Assembly: GCA_963825315.1 (NCBI GenBank)
Contig: CAWGST010000001.1
Coordinates: 24,778-88,777 of the forward strand
Reading direction: 5' to 3'
DNA: 64,000 nucleotides
From: an uncultured Verrucomicrobiae bacterium
Lineage (GTDB): Bacteria > Verrucomicrobiota > Verrucomicrobiia > Limisphaerales > Palsa-1400
Shown here: positions 52,049 through 62,620 of the stretch, piece after piece
Layout of the letters: each line of letters opens with the position of its first letter
Numbering within the stretch: the first letter of the stretch is position 1
Position numbers and translations under genes: made by a program
The notes under the pieces: model-generated
Databases searched by the model: none
What the model was told of the DNA's origin: nothing
What the model saw: the letters and a program-made list of their open reading frames with translations, nothing else

Positions 52049-52987
52049 AGGAGCCGGAAAGCGCCATCCAAAAGAGTGAAAAGCATCCCAAACCGCGGCG
52101 ACGGGCAACGCTTCAAGGCCGGCCGGATCACGCAGGATTTTCAGGCGCGCGGATTGCGGACGCCAGGTTGTCAAGACTGTTTCCCCCCAGAGAACCAATC
52201 CCGGCAAATCCAGCGCCGCCGCCAAATGGGTGATGCCGGAGTCGTGTCCGATGAACGCGGAGCAGGCTTGCATCAGCCGGGCCAGTTCGATCAACGGCAG
52301 ATTCCGGGCAAGGTGCGCGCGGGCCGCCGGCAAAGCGGACGCAAGGCGGGCGCAACGGTCCCCTTCCGCTTCACCGCCGATGAGCAGGAAGTGGCAGGCG
52401 GATTGGGCGGCCAAAAGCTTGAGCAGTTCCACCCATTTGGCTTCGGGCCAGTTTTTCCGTTCACTGCCGCTGCCGGGATGGAGCGCGAGGCGCGGAGGCG
52501 CGGACAGCGTGGCGGGCAAAGGCAGGCGGGGACGCGGATCAGCCCCGCGAATGCCGAGTGCTTGCAAGGGCCGGAGCAACAATTCGGCGGCGTGAACCGC
52601 CAGCGTTTCATCGGGCCGATGCGGTCCGGCGATGAACGGCGCGGAAGAACATCGGGCCACGTTGGAACGGAATATGTCCCCCGGGTCGTAGAGATAAGAA
52701 ATGATCCAGTCGAACCCTGAGAACCAGGCGGCAACCCCGGCGGAGCAGGAACCGTTTGGGACAAAGAAGCCGGTGAAGCGGGGAGATTCAAGGGCGGAAA
52801 CGTCATCGGCCAAACCGGCGGCCACAGCCAATGAGGCCATGGACGGATAGCCGAGGATTTCCAGCCGATGTTGCGGAAAACGAAGGCGAAGGGCGGCCAA
52901 AACCGGAAGCGTCAAGATGAAATCTCCCAAAGCGCCCCCACGAATCACCAAAATCTTCCGGGCTGTCGCGTTATCCAGGGTGGTCAT
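51998..52987 (-). CDS. Glycosyltransferase family 9 (heptosyltransferase-like)
   Basis: ILVIRGGALGDFILTLP, HPGSGSERKNWP, FIGHDSGITHLAAA. Confidence 0.9.
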   Translation of the reverse strand: MTTLDNATARKILVIRGGALGDFILTLPVLAALRLRFPQHRLEILGYPSMASLAVAAGLADDVSALESPRFTGFFVPNGSCSAGVAAWFSGFDWIISYLYDPGDIFRSNVARCSSAPFIAGPHRPDETLAVHAAELLLRPLQALGIRGADPRPRLPLPATLSAPPRLALHPGSGSERKNWPEAKWVELLKLLAAQSACHFLLIGGEAEGDRCARLASALPAARAHLARNLPLIELARLMQACSAFIGHDSGITHLAAALDLPGLVLWGETVLTTWRPQSARLKILRDPAGLEALPVAAVWDAFHSFGWRFPAPDLNLNLNPNLNPNEGD

Positions 52988-54321
52988 TGGCGCTCCTGGC
53001 GGGCGGCCCTGGCCTGGCGCATTTTGGCTTCAATCTCCATCAAGTTCAGCCGTCGTTGCGCGGCGACGGCTTGCGGGCTTTGCGGATAAAGTCGGACCAA
53101 TCGCTCCAAATCCTGCCGCGCGGCGGGCTGGTTTGGCGGGAACTTGAGATGCCACGACGCCATCAGAGCCAGCCACCCGGCGGCTTTGGCCGGCGCGGTG
53201 CCGGGCATCGCCAGCAGCAATTCCAATTGTTCCACCCCCATTTCGACTTGACCCAACTCCACGGCCCAGAGCCGCGCCAACTCTTCGCGCGCGGGGACAT
53301 CGTCCGGATTGCTTTGCAACCGCTCGACGCATTGCCGACTGCGGACGGCGGCTTCCTGGCGCGACATGCTCCCGGGCGGCGCCGCGCGCAGGACAAGCAA
53401 ACGAATCTTCTTGACGCCTTGCCGCGCGATCCATTCCTCGCGGGTGGCCGGAAGTTGATTGATCCGCATCCGCGCCATGCGGTCGAGGTGCGAGCCGGGG
53501 TGGCGGCGGCAGATCTCCTCCAGCGAAGCGCGCGCGGCGTCCGGGTCCCGCCCCAGCTTGAGTTGCCAGTCGGCCAGGCGATGGCAGGCGACGGCGAATT
53601 GCGAAGGCGTGGTGCCGGGATGGCCGCAAGTTTCCCTGAGAAGTTCCCGGGCGCCGGGCAGGTCGTTGAAATGGTTGGCGTAAAGTTCCGCCAGCAGCAT
53701 CCAGCCCTCAAAATCGTCCTCGCAGGATTCCAACTCCTCGATCACCGCCTTCTCCGCCTCCTCGTACTTGTCGAAGTGGATGGCGGCGATGGCGCGGGAG
53801 TAAATGGGCGCCGCGTTCTGCACGGGCTGCAACGCCAAAACTTGCTGGAGGATGGGCAGGAGCCAAAGGGTCGCGCCCAGACCGGCGAAGCGCCAACCGA
53901 ATGACCATGTGATGAGCGCTGCCGCCGGCCCCAAAATAGCCGACCAGGTGAACACACAACCGCGAAACTGGCGCGGGTCCGCGGCTTGTCGAGACAAGAC
54001 CACCAGCAACCAAGCCACGGTTACCGCCGCCCAGTAGGTGCCGATCACAAACAAGCCGAGCGTCGCGACATACTGCATCATTTCCAGCCATGCCCCATTT
54101 TTTTTGGCGGATTCCACCCCTGGCATCAGAGGCGGAAGCCAATCCCAAACGGCAGAGTTGAAGATAATCCAGAGCAGGAAGGGCGTGAGAAGACCCTTGA
54201 CCGCCCAGTTTCTGAACCAGCGGCGCAATTTGGGGGTTTGCCCGGAAGGAAGCCGTTGGCAGAAATCCCACATCGCCAAACAAAAACCGGCCAGGCCCAG
54301 GAGTATGATGAACAAGCTCAT
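52984..54321 (-). CDS. Membrane protein with C-terminal TPR-like repeats
   Basis: About 5 N-terminal hydrophobic segments followed by helical repeats; LVRLYPQSPQA. Confidence 0.75.
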   Translation of the reverse strand: MSLFIILLGLAGFCLAMWDFCQRLPSGQTPKLRRWFRNWAVKGLLTPFLLWIIFNSAVWDWLPPLMPGVESAKKNGAWLEMMQYVATLGLFVIGTYWAAVTVAWLLVVLSRQAADPRQFRGCVFTWSAILGPAAALITWSFGWRFAGLGATLWLLPILQQVLALQPVQNAAPIYSRAIAAIHFDKYEEAEKAVIEELESCEDDFEGWMLLAELYANHFNDLPGARELLRETCGHPGTTPSQFAVACHRLADWQLKLGRDPDAARASLEEICRRHPGSHLDRMARMRINQLPATREEWIARQGVKKIRLLVLRAAPPGSMSRQEAAVRSRQCVERLQSNPDDVPAREELARLWAVELGQVEMGVEQLELLLAMPGTAPAKAAGWLALMASWHLKFPPNQPAARQDLERLVRLYPQSPQAVAAQRRLNLMEIEAKMRQARAARQERQ

Positions 54322-54597
54322 GGCGGCTTAAGGTTTCCTTTTCGGCGGCATGAAAGGATTACCCCGGGAAAGCGGCATTCATTCATTTTGTTTACCTCAT
54401 GCATTCACCATAAAGCTTTTTCCATGAAAAGGCTTAAGTTTTATTCGCTCCTGCCGATATGGAAGCGGAACTTGCAATGTCGCATAGAAATCCAATCTGC
54501 TGTCCTGTCTGGCGGAGCATGAGCTTTTGGCCCAAGGCTTTCAACACATCCCCCTCGATTTGGGCGCTCATCAAAAGGAATTGATGCTTGGACTGTT

Positions 54598-55449
54598 ATG
54601 ACAGCCGATGAAATAATAGCCCGGGCAAAAGAACTGCCCGTCGTGTCGGAAACGGCCCGCAAGCTGGCCGTTCAACTCAATCAGCCGGACTTGCATCGGG
54701 ATGAACTGGTTAAAACGCTGCGCTGCGACAATGTCCTCACCGCCAAATTGTTGCGGGTCTGCAACTCGGCCGATTACGCCATGCGCGAGCCGGTCGTTTC
54801 CATCGATCAAGCCCTGTTGCTCCTCGGTGACAACGTGATTTTCCGCATGGTCTGCGCCGTCGGTTTTGGCGGCTCCTTGGGAATGGCGGCGCCCGGTTAC
54901 GCCACCGAAGCCAACGGTCTTTGGATCCACTCCCTGAGCACGGGTGTCGGTGCTGAATACCTGGCCGAGGTTGAATCCTACGGTAATTTCCTCCCGTCCA
55001 CCGCCTTCACCGCCGGCTTGCTGCATGACATCGGCAAATCGGTCATAAGCAACATATTGACTCCAAAAGACCGGGCCGACATTCGGAGTAAAATCGCCGG
55101 GCAGTCCCTCTCGCGGGTCGAGGCGGAGAAGGCCGTGTTGGGAGCCGATCACTGCGAAGTTGGGGCATGTTTGCTGAAACGATGGTCATTGCCGGAACCA
55201 ATTGTCGAAGCCGTGGCCAATCATCATTTTCCTGTCATCAAGCCTTCCATTCAGTTATCAGCCGTGGTTTATCTCGCCAATTGCGCCGCCCACCTTTGCG
55301 GCGTCGCTCCCGGATGGCAAGCCCAGGCCATTCAGGCCAAAAACACGGCTGCTGAAGTGCTGGGCATGGACATGGAAAAAGTGGAACAAATCGTCTCGGG
55401 GATTCATGGCGCGATGCATGCGCTCCCTCAACTCATGATTGCAGCTTGA
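54598..55449 (+). CDS. HDOD domain protein
   Basis: DNVLTAKLLRVCNSA, AGLLHDIGK, DHCEVGACLLKRWSLP, NHH. Confidence 0.92.
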   Translation: MTADEIIARAKELPVVSETARKLAVQLNQPDLHRDELVKTLRCDNVLTAKLLRVCNSADYAMREPVVSIDQALLLLGDNVIFRMVCAVGFGGSLGMAAPGYATEANGLWIHSLSTGVGAEYLAEVESYGNFLPSTAFTAGLLHDIGKSVISNILTPKDRADIRSKIAGQSLSRVEAEKAVLGADHCEVGACLLKRWSLPEPIVEAVANHHFPVIKPSIQLSAVVYLANCAAHLCGVAPGWQAQAIQAKNTAAEVLGMDMEKVEQIVSGIHGAMHALPQLMIAA

Positions 55450-55468
55450 GCCTCCTTCTTTGTCGGGA

Positions 55469-58400
55469 TCAGACGGCCATCGCCGCTTCGGCTTGTTTCA
55501 TGGCAACGCCCAACACCCCCACAGCGGCGGGCAGGATGGCCTGAAGATCATCCAGTTTTTCGTTGACCTGATTGACGAGGGAGTGGGCCTTGCATTTTAT
55601 CAAATGCCGGTACCATTTTAGAAATTCCTGGCTGACTAATTCTTCGGTGGCTGGCGCGAAATGCCGCCGGCATTCGCCCGCGAGCACTTCGCAAAGGGTG
55701 AGGGCCGCCAGGTGTCGCGCGGAGTTGGGAAAATGGGCCCGGGTCCATAGAGGGAGGGCCAATGCGGCCTGCTGATTCAGCGTAAGCGCTTCGGCGCGTT
55801 GCAAGAGGATGGCGGAATCTTCGGGAAAATGTTTAACGGCTTCGCCAGTCCAGTCTTGGGCGAACTCCAGAAATTCCGGCTGGCTGAGGGCGATCTGGCC
55901 GCCCAACCGCCAGACCTGAATATCCTGGCAGTTTTCGGCAACCAGTTCGTTCGCCAGCTTCAGAGCCTCCAGCGGCCGGCCGTGTTGGAACTGGAATTTT
56001 GCGAAGTCGAGTCGCACGGGGCGCGATTTGGCGTCTTCGCCCAGCGCATCGCGGAAGGCTTGTTCCGCCTCGGCCTGCTGTCCGAGCGCAGCCAGGGAAA
56101 GAGCCAGACAATGACGGGGGCCGGCCGTGAGGATATCCTTGTTAATGGGCGAAAGCGCGGGCTTCCGGCGTTTTGCCAGGCATTGGCGCATTTGCTCCGC
56201 GGCGGCGGCGGGCTGTTTGAGTTCGATCCAGGCCAGCCCGAGCATGAAATGTTGCGAGGCGGTCAGCCCGGAGGATTGAGGGAAGGGCTGCCGCCAAAGT
56301 TCCACGATTTCGCTGAAGCGCCCGGCGCCGAGCAGGCGGGTGGTCAGTTGCGTGAGCAGGGTTTCGCGCAATTCGGGCACAACCTGCCCGGAGGGCAAAA
56401 CGGACATGAGACGCAATGCTTCGCGATATTGTTCCAGGCCGGCTTGCAATTGGCCGGAGCGGATCAATTCCAATCCGAGGTTCATCACGAGATTGGGTTC
56501 GCCGGGCAATTCTTCGATGGCGAGTTGCAGCAGGCGCAGGTTGCGCGCAGCCTTGCCGCGGCTGTCAACCACTTCCTTCCTGTAGCCGTGATGCAACAAG
56601 GCGGCGCGGCCGAGGCGGTTTTCCAAACCCCACTCTTTGGCGCGCACTTCAAGACTGCTGAAAATTTGCTCGTGAACGCGCCCAACAAAGAAAAGGCCCG
56701 GGGCGTTGCGGAAAAGCCGCGCCACATAGCTGCAGCCTTCTTCTTCCACCCCCTGTTCAATGATGGGCAGGCGATATCCCATCACGCCGGCCGATTGCAT
56801 TTCCGCCAGGATCGTTCGCCGATGTTCGGGCAATAACTCTTCGTCGGCGTCCAGACTTAACACCCAATCCCCCGTGGCATGTTTCAAAGCCTCGTTGCGG
56901 GCGGCGCTGAAGTCATCGTTCCAGGCAAAGAAATGCACCTCGGCATTGAATTTTTTGGCGATTTCCACCGTGCGGTCAGTGGAGCCGGTGTCCACTACGA
57001 CAATCTGCCAGGCGATGTCGCGGACCGATTGCAAACATTGCTCAAGAAATTGCTCCTCGTTTTTGGCGATCAGACAGACGGACAGTCGTGGAGCGCGGTC
57101 AGCCTTCCCCGTTATTGCCGGCGGAAGAGTCAGCCGCCCGGGCTTGCCGTTTCCACGCGGATTGGCTTTGACAAATTGTTTTGCGGGTTTCCAATGCGGC
57201 GCAAGCCTGGCCGCGTACTGTCCGCAACGGCGCGCGGAATCGGAATCCCCCGCGGCTTGCGCCGCTTTGCCGAGGAACAGGCAGGCCTCGGGATGAAACG
57301 GACGCGTTTGCATGGCCGCGCACGCGGATTCCCACGCGGCCGGGAGGTTCTTCTTCTTCAACCAATCACGCGCTTCGCCCAAATGGCCGGCGAGGGCGCA
57401 CGGTGGCAGTTGGATCGGCGACGCGGACTTTACAGGTTTCGCGGCGACAGCAGCGGCGGCGGCGGGTTTCGCGGCTTCGTTGATGAACCGAAAGAGGATG
57501 CTTTCCCATTCGTTCCATTCGCGTTCGCGCGGGTATTCGCGGGCCGTGGCGAGGCCGCCCTGGACCAGTTTCTCACGCAAGGCATGGTCGCGGATAAGGC
57601 GTTCGACGGCGTCGGCGATTGCTTGGGGCGATTGGACCGGCACCAGCAGCGCGTTTTCGCCATCGCGGCAATACTCCATCGCGCCGCTCGTCGCGGTGCA
57701 GACGACCGCGCAACCGGCGGCCATCGCTTCTTGCGGCGGACGCGGGCACGAATCGTAGTGTGACGCGTAAATGTGAATATGGGACGTGCCGAACAACACG
57801 GTCTTCATCTCATCGCCCGGCACGATGTAAAATTCGCACGGGAAGCGCGCGAAAATATCCGGCCCCCCGCCGGACATGCGCACAGCGGTGAAATGCGGAT
57901 CTTTGCGCGCGAGAATTTGCAGCGCGTCGTGAATGTCCTGAATGCCCTTGAACAAAAGCGGTTCGGCTTCCGTGCCGCGTGTGTCCGGGCCGACGATCAA
58001 CAGGCGGAATTTCGAGCCGGGCAGCGACCGCTGCAAGGGGCGGAAAATCGTCTGGTCAGTGCAGACCGGCAGGATGGCGTCCTGACGGCGGCCGCAAAGT
58101 TTTTGCACGGTGTCGGCGAGGTTGCGCGAGTTGGGCACGAAGCGGATGCCGGGCAGCCGATACGAGGCGCGGGAAAGTTCGCGCCATTGGCGGTTTTGCG
58201 GCGTATCGGCCATCGCGGCATCGGCGAAAACGAACTGATCTCCCTGCGCGTAATATATTTTGACGGGCGCCTTGATGGCGATCAGCTCGGGCGCGTTCAT
58301 GAAATAAGTGGCCACGACGACGTCGCTCGGCGGCACGGACGAGGAGAGTGGCCGGCCGGCGGGCGCTTGAATGACGCGGGTTTGAAACCGGAACCAATCC

Positions 58401-61400
58401 GGCCGGGCCGTGTAAGTAACGATGGTCACGTCATGGCCGCGCCGGCGCATTTCCTCTGCCTGACGCAGCAAGGTCTGGTTGCCGCCCGTCACGCCGAGAA
58501 TGCTGCTGATCAAATAGGTGATCCGGAGGCGCGGCTGACCGGGCTGGACACTGAGAGAAACGGCGGCGTCGGTGGAAGGCGCGGCGGCCTGCACAACTTC
58601 AGCGGCCTTCGCCGCGGCATGGCTGGCGAGCAAGTCCTTCGCCGATTGGCGCGTGGCTTCGCTGTAAAGCTTGGGATGATTTTGGACAATTTGTGCGGTG
58701 ATCCGTTCCCGCTTTTCCTTTGCGCTGCTTAGCATCGACCGCCCGCACTTGCGGTACATGAACAGCGGTTCATGCAGGCAATAACCCTCCCAGTCTTGCT
58801 CGACGCAGCCAATCCAGAAATCCCAATCCTCGTACCCTTCGCGCATCGCCTCGTTGTAGCCGCCGGCCTGTTCCCAGGCGGACCGGCGGAACAGCGCGCT
58901 GGCATGGACGATGTTTTCTTTGGCGACAAGCCTGGCGCGGTCGAAATCGGGCATCGACCATTCCGTGTCGAAATCGCCGAAATGATGGATGTCCGTGTAA
59001 GCGAAACCGACCTTCGGCCGGTTGTCCAGAATGGGCACGAGCTTCGCCAGAAGCGTCGGCTTGATTTTGTCGTCGGCGTCGAGCGGGAGCAAATACTTGC
59101 CGCGGGCGGCGCGGATGCCGGCGTTGCGCGCGCCCGGCAAGCCGCCGTTGGATTTTTCCACCAGACGGATTTGTTTGCCGGGATGTTTGGCGATCAATTG
59201 CTTCGCCACTTCGCTGGTGTTGTCCGGACTGCCGTCGTTGACGATGAGAATTTCCCAATCGGAAAAAGTCTGCGCGACCACGCTCTCGACGGCCTCGGGC
59301 AAAAAGTGCGCTTGTTTGTAACACGGAATGACGACGGATACGAGCGGGGCCCGCTGGTCGGGCTTGGCGGAAGGCGCGCCGTTCAAACTGTCGAGCGCCT
59401 GTGAAATTTGTGTCCGCGCGGCCCGGTCTCCAGCGCGATCCGCCAGCTCGAGAATGCTCCGGGCGGATTTCTGGCAGGATGCGTCGTAAAGTTTTGGATG
59501 GTTGCACACAATTTGGGCCATCAACCGTTCGCGCTTTTGGTTCGCGTTGTTCAGCATCGTCCGTCCGCTCTTGCGATACAGGAACAGCGGTTCATGCAGG
59601 CAATAACCCTCCCAGTCTTGCTCGACGCAGCCAATCCAGAAATCCCAATCCTCGTACCCTTCGCGCATCGCCTCGTTGTAGCCGCCGGCCTGTTCCCAGG
59701 CGGACCGGCGGAACAGCGCGCAAACGCAGGCGATGTTATCTTTGGCGATAAGCGTGGCGCGGTCGAAATCGGGCAGCGGAAATTCCGTGTCGATCTCTCC
59801 GAAATGCTGGATGTGCGTGTAGGCGAAACCGACCTTCGGCCGGTTGTCCAGAATGGGCACGAGCTTCGCCAGAAGCGTCGGCTTGATTTTGTCGTCGGCG
59901 TCGAGCGGGAGCAAATACTTGCCGCGGGCGGCGCGGATGCCGGCGTTGCGCGCGCCCGGCAAGCCGCCGTTGGATTTTTCCACCAGACGGATTTGTTTGC
60001 CGGGATGTTTGGCGATCAATTGCTTCGCCACTTCGCTGGTGTTGTCCGGACTGCCGTCGTTGACGATGAGAATTTCCCAATCGGAAAAAGTCTGCGCGAC
60101 CACGCTCTCGACGGCCTCGGGCAAAAAGTGCGCTTGTTTGTAACACGGAATGACGACGGATACGAGCGGGGCCCGCTGGTCGGGCTTGGCGGAAGGCGCG
60201 CCGTTCAAACTGTCGAGCGCCTGTGAAATTTGTGTCCGCGCGGCCCGGTCTCCAGCGCGATCCGCCAACTCCAGCGCGCCGTTGAGCACCGGGCGGGCGC
60301 ATTGAGAATCGATCGGAATGAGGGCCTTGCCAATTTCGAGGCGGGCGCTGAGTTCAACGGCGGCAATGCGGCTGGCGATGGCGAAGCGCAAACCTTCTTC
60401 AAATTGTGCCAGCGCAAGCTTGGTCTGCGCGGATTCGGCCAGCGCACGGCCGGCGCGGAGACACCCCTGCCACAGGATCGTGTGTTTCGTGAACGGAATC
60501 AGATCCTCGCATTCGTGGTGCAATTGATCGATGTAATTGGTGGCGCACGTTTGTTCCACGACCAAGGCGGCATGGAGCGCGGCCAGGTTCAGGGGCAAAA
60601 CATTTTCGCCGCTCTTTTCCAGCGCGACAGTCTTGGCCTCGCGCAGAATTGCGTCCATGCGGCGGCCCATTTCCACGATGGAAAATTTTTCAACCACGCG
60701 GCGGCGGCCGGCTTGGGCCATGCGGCTGCGTTCGGCGCGCGCGGCGAGCAATCTCAGGAGCGCCCGCGTATAATCGCCCGCTTCGTTCGGACCGCGGCAA
60801 ACCAGCACGCCGCAATCGGGCGTGACCAGTTCGGGCTGTCCGCCAACGGCCGCTCCGACGGGCACGACTGACATGGCCATTGCTTCATAGATGCCGAGCG
60901 CGATCCCTTCCCATTGCGAGGGCAGAAAGAAAATGTCGGTGAGGGCGAGCAATTCGGCGATGGCGTCGTTGGAGAGCGCGCCGAGAAAACGAACCTGCTT
61001 AAGGCGTTCGCGTTCAACGAATTCCCTGAGCCACGGCAGATCGGGGCCGTCGCCCGCGACCAGCGCGGTGAACGCCGGATTTTTCTTCGCCACCTGGCGC
61101 ATGACCTCGGCGAACACCCGCGGCTGTTTCTGGTCACAAATGCGGCCCGCGTAGAGGATCACCGGCTTGGCGCGGTCTATTTTCCATTTTGCCGCCAGCG
61201 CGGCGGAATCAAAACGGTCGCGGCGCCACGTTTCGACGTCAATATTCGCGGTGCAAACTTCAATGGCGCCCGTCTCGCCGCCGCGCGTGGTCAGCCAATT
61301 CTTGAGATGCTGCGAAGTGACGCCGGTGCGTGCCAGTTGGGTGCGTTGATTCAGTGAATGGCGCGGGTAAGCGCCCCCCACATCGTCCTCCTCCATATGG

Positions 61401-62620
61401 AGGTAGTCAATGAAGGGCAGTTGCGGAAAATGCGCGCGCAGATAGGGCAGCAGTTGGTAACCGAGCAGACTGTTGCTCAGGCAAACGGCGTCGGGTTGCC
61501 GGCTCGTGATAAGATAGCGGAGAAACAGCGGAAAATCGCCGAGGCACAGGAACTGGCCCAACGCAAACACGTCCGGCGTGAGACCCTCGAATTCGTGCTG
61601 CCACGGGTTCTTCGAGATTCGTGTGGCGGCCACCGTGACTTCGTAGCCGCGCTCTCGTTGAAGCTGACGGATGAGATCGAGGTTGAACTTATCCGCGCCA
61701 CCCAACTCGAAGTGCGGCACGATTAAGAGCAGCCGCGGGTTTTGTTTCAGCAGGCGGTTGGCAAAGGGGATTTCCGCCGCAACGGACGAGGCGAACGGCT
61801 GGCGCATGATGGCGGGTTGCGGGAATTTGTTCTTCCACAGCCCGGGATAACGTTGTTTGAGCCGGGCGTGGAATTGGGCGGCTTTGTCCGCTTGCACGAT
61901 ATCCACCCAATGCTCGCGGCCGGTGTCGCGGCAGCGGTACCAGTCGAGGAATTCGCGGATCGTGCTGCCCCAATGGCCGTGCGCGGCGCATTTAAGCCAG
62001 AACTCCCAATCCTGGCAGCCACCGCGATTTTCCGATTCATAGCCGCCGACGGCCTGATGAACAGACTTTCGGACGAGACAAATGGGATTGACCATGTTCT
62101 CCTCGAGAAAGCGCCTTCCGTTGTGGAAACCATTTTGCCAAAGATATTCCTTGGAGCCAAAACCGACGGTGTAGCCAGTGGTGAAGGCATATTCGGGAAA
62201 CGTGTGGAGATGCCAGGCCATTTTCTCGAGCGCGGTTGGCTCGATGAGGTCATCGGCGTCAAGTTGCAAAACGAATTGAGCCCGGGCTTCGCGGAAGCCG
62301 GTGTTGAGCGCGGCGCTCAGACCCTGGTTTTGCGGGTGGTCCACCACGCGGATGCGAGGGTCCTTGCGCCGGAACTCGTCGAGGATTTTCAGCGAGTCGG
62401 CGTTGGTTGAGCCGTCATTGACGATGATCCATTCCCATTGCTGTAGTGATTGGCGGAAAACGGATTCGGCCGTCTCATGGAAAACGGCCCCGGCGTTGAA
62501 GGAAGGCGTGACGATGCTCACGACCGGCACAGCGGCCAGGTCCGCGGCCCGATAGGCGAACTGCGGGCGCAAAGGTGAAGCTGGAGTATTGGAGTAATCG
62601 GGTTTGGCGGGATTGATCAT
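55469..62620 (-). CDS. Giant multidomain glycosyltransferase (2383 aa): GT2-GT4-TPR-GT2-GT2-GT4-TPR-GT2-TPR
   Basis: Four GT2 domains (VSIVTP/VSVVIP/LSVCLI, DGS, LDAD), two GT4 domains (EAMA motifs), TPR-like linkers. Confidence 0.9.
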   Translation of the reverse strand: MINPAKPDYSNTPASPLRPQFAYRAADLAAVPVVSIVTPSFNAGAVFHETAESVFRQSLQQWEWIIVNDGSTNADSLKILDEFRRKDPRIRVVDHPQNQGLSAALNTGFREARAQFVLQLDADDLIEPTALEKMAWHLHTFPEYAFTTGYTVGFGSKEYLWQNGFHNGRRFLEENMVNPICLVRKSVHQAVGGYESENRGGCQDWEFWLKCAAHGHWGSTIREFLDWYRCRDTGREHWVDIVQADKAAQFHARLKQRYPGLWKNKFPQPAIMRQPFASSVAAEIPFANRLLKQNPRLLLIVPHFELGGADKFNLDLIRQLQRERGYEVTVAATRISKNPWQHEFEGLTPDVFALGQFLCLGDFPLFLRYLITSRQPDAVCLSNSLLGYQLLPYLRAHFPQLPFIDYLHMEEDDVGGAYPRHSLNQRTQLARTGVTSQHLKNWLTTRGGETGAIEVCTANIDVETWRRDRFDSAALAAKWKIDRAKPVILYAGRICDQKQPRVFAEVMRQVAKKNPAFTALVAGDGPDLPWLREFVERERLKQVRFLGALSNDAIAELLALTDIFFLPSQWEGIALGIYEAMAMSVVPVGAAVGGQPELVTPDCGVLVCRGPNEAGDYTRALLRLLAARAERSRMAQAGRRRVVEKFSIVEMGRRMDAILREAKTVALEKSGENVLPLNLAALHAALVVEQTCATNYIDQLHHECEDLIPFTKHTILWQGCLRAGRALAESAQTKLALAQFEEGLRFAIASRIAAVELSARLEIGKALIPIDSQCARPVLNGALELADRAGDRAARTQISQALDSLNGAPSAKPDQRAPLVSVVIPCYKQAHFLPEAVESVVAQTFSDWEILIVNDGSPDNTSEVAKQLIAKHPGKQIRLVEKSNGGLPGARNAGIRAARGKYLLPLDADDKIKPTLLAKLVPILDNRPKVGFAYTHIQHFGEIDTEFPLPDFDRATLIAKDNIACVCALFRRSAWEQAGGYNEAMREGYEDWDFWIGCVEQDWEGYCLHEPLFLYRKSGRTMLNNANQKRERLMAQIVCNHPKLYDASCQKSARSILELADRAGDRAARTQISQALDSLNGAPSAKPDQRAPLVSVVIPCYKQAHFLPEAVESVVAQTFSDWEILIVNDGSPDNTSEVAKQLIAKHPGKQIRLVEKSNGGLPGARNAGIRAARGKYLLPLDADDKIKPTLLAKLVPILDNRPKVGFAYTDIHHFGDFDTEWSMPDFDRARLVAKENIVHASALFRRSAWEQAGGYNEAMREGYEDWDFWIGCVEQDWEGYCLHEPLFMYRKCGRSMLSSAKEKRERITAQIVQNHPKLYSEATRQSAKDLLASHAAAKAAEVVQAAAPSTDAAVSLSVQPGQPRLRITYLISSILGVTGGNQTLLRQAEEMRRRGHDVTIVTYTARPDWFRFQTRVIQAPAGRPLSSSVPPSDVVVATYFMNAPELIAIKAPVKIYYAQGDQFVFADAAMADTPQNRQWRELSRASYRLPGIRFVPNSRNLADTVQKLCGRRQDAILPVCTDQTIFRPLQRSLPGSKFRLLIVGPDTRGTEAEPLLFKGIQDIHDALQILARKDPHFTAVRMSGGGPDIFARFPCEFYIVPGDEMKTVLFGTSHIHIYASHYDSCPRPPQEAMAAGCAVVCTATSGAMEYCRDGENALLVPVQSPQAIADAVERLIRDHALREKLVQGGLATAREYPREREWNEWESILFRFINEAAKPAAAAAVAAKPVKSASPIQLPPCALAGHLGEARDWLKKKNLPAAWESACAAMQTRPFHPEACLFLGKAAQAAGDSDSARRCGQYAARLAPHWKPAKQFVKANPRGNGKPGRLTLPPAITGKADRAPRLSVCLIAKNEEQFLEQCLQSVRDIAWQIVVVDTGSTDRTVEIAKKFNAEVHFFAWNDDFSAARNEALKHATGDWVLSLDADEELLPEHRRTILAEMQSAGVMGYRLPIIEQGVEEEGCSYVARLFRNAPGLFFVGRVHEQIFSSLEVRAKEWGLENRLGRAALLHHGYRKEVVDSRGKAARNLRLLQLAIEELPGEPNLVMNLGLELIRSGQLQAGLEQYREALRLMSVLPSGQVVPELRETLLTQLTTRLLGAGRFSEIVELWRQPFPQSSGLTASQHFMLGLAWIELKQPAAAAEQMRQCLAKRRKPALSPINKDILTAGPRHCLALSLAALGQQAEAEQAFRDALGEDAKSRPVRLDFAKFQFQHGRPLEALKLANELVAENCQDIQVWRLGGQIALSQPEFLEFAQDWTGEAVKHFPEDSAILLQRAEALTLNQQAALALPLWTRAHFPNSARHLAALTLCEVLAGECRRHFAPATEELVSQEFLKWYRHLIKCKAHSLVNQVNEKLDDLQAILPAAVGVLGVAMKQAEAAMAV
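58760..60267. repeat. 822-bp-period intragenic duplication of a GT2 module (58760-59445 and 59582-60267)
   Basis: Apparently identical over about 440 bp (59003-59445 vs 59825-60267) and again downstream, with one diverged patch of about 100 bp. Confidence 0.92.

Noticed and set aside
58760-60267. Diversity-generating retroelement TR/VR pair
   Set aside because: Differences are not adenine-specific, both copies are in-frame coding sequence, and there is no reverse transcriptase in the window. The same applies to the 1758-bp duplication.
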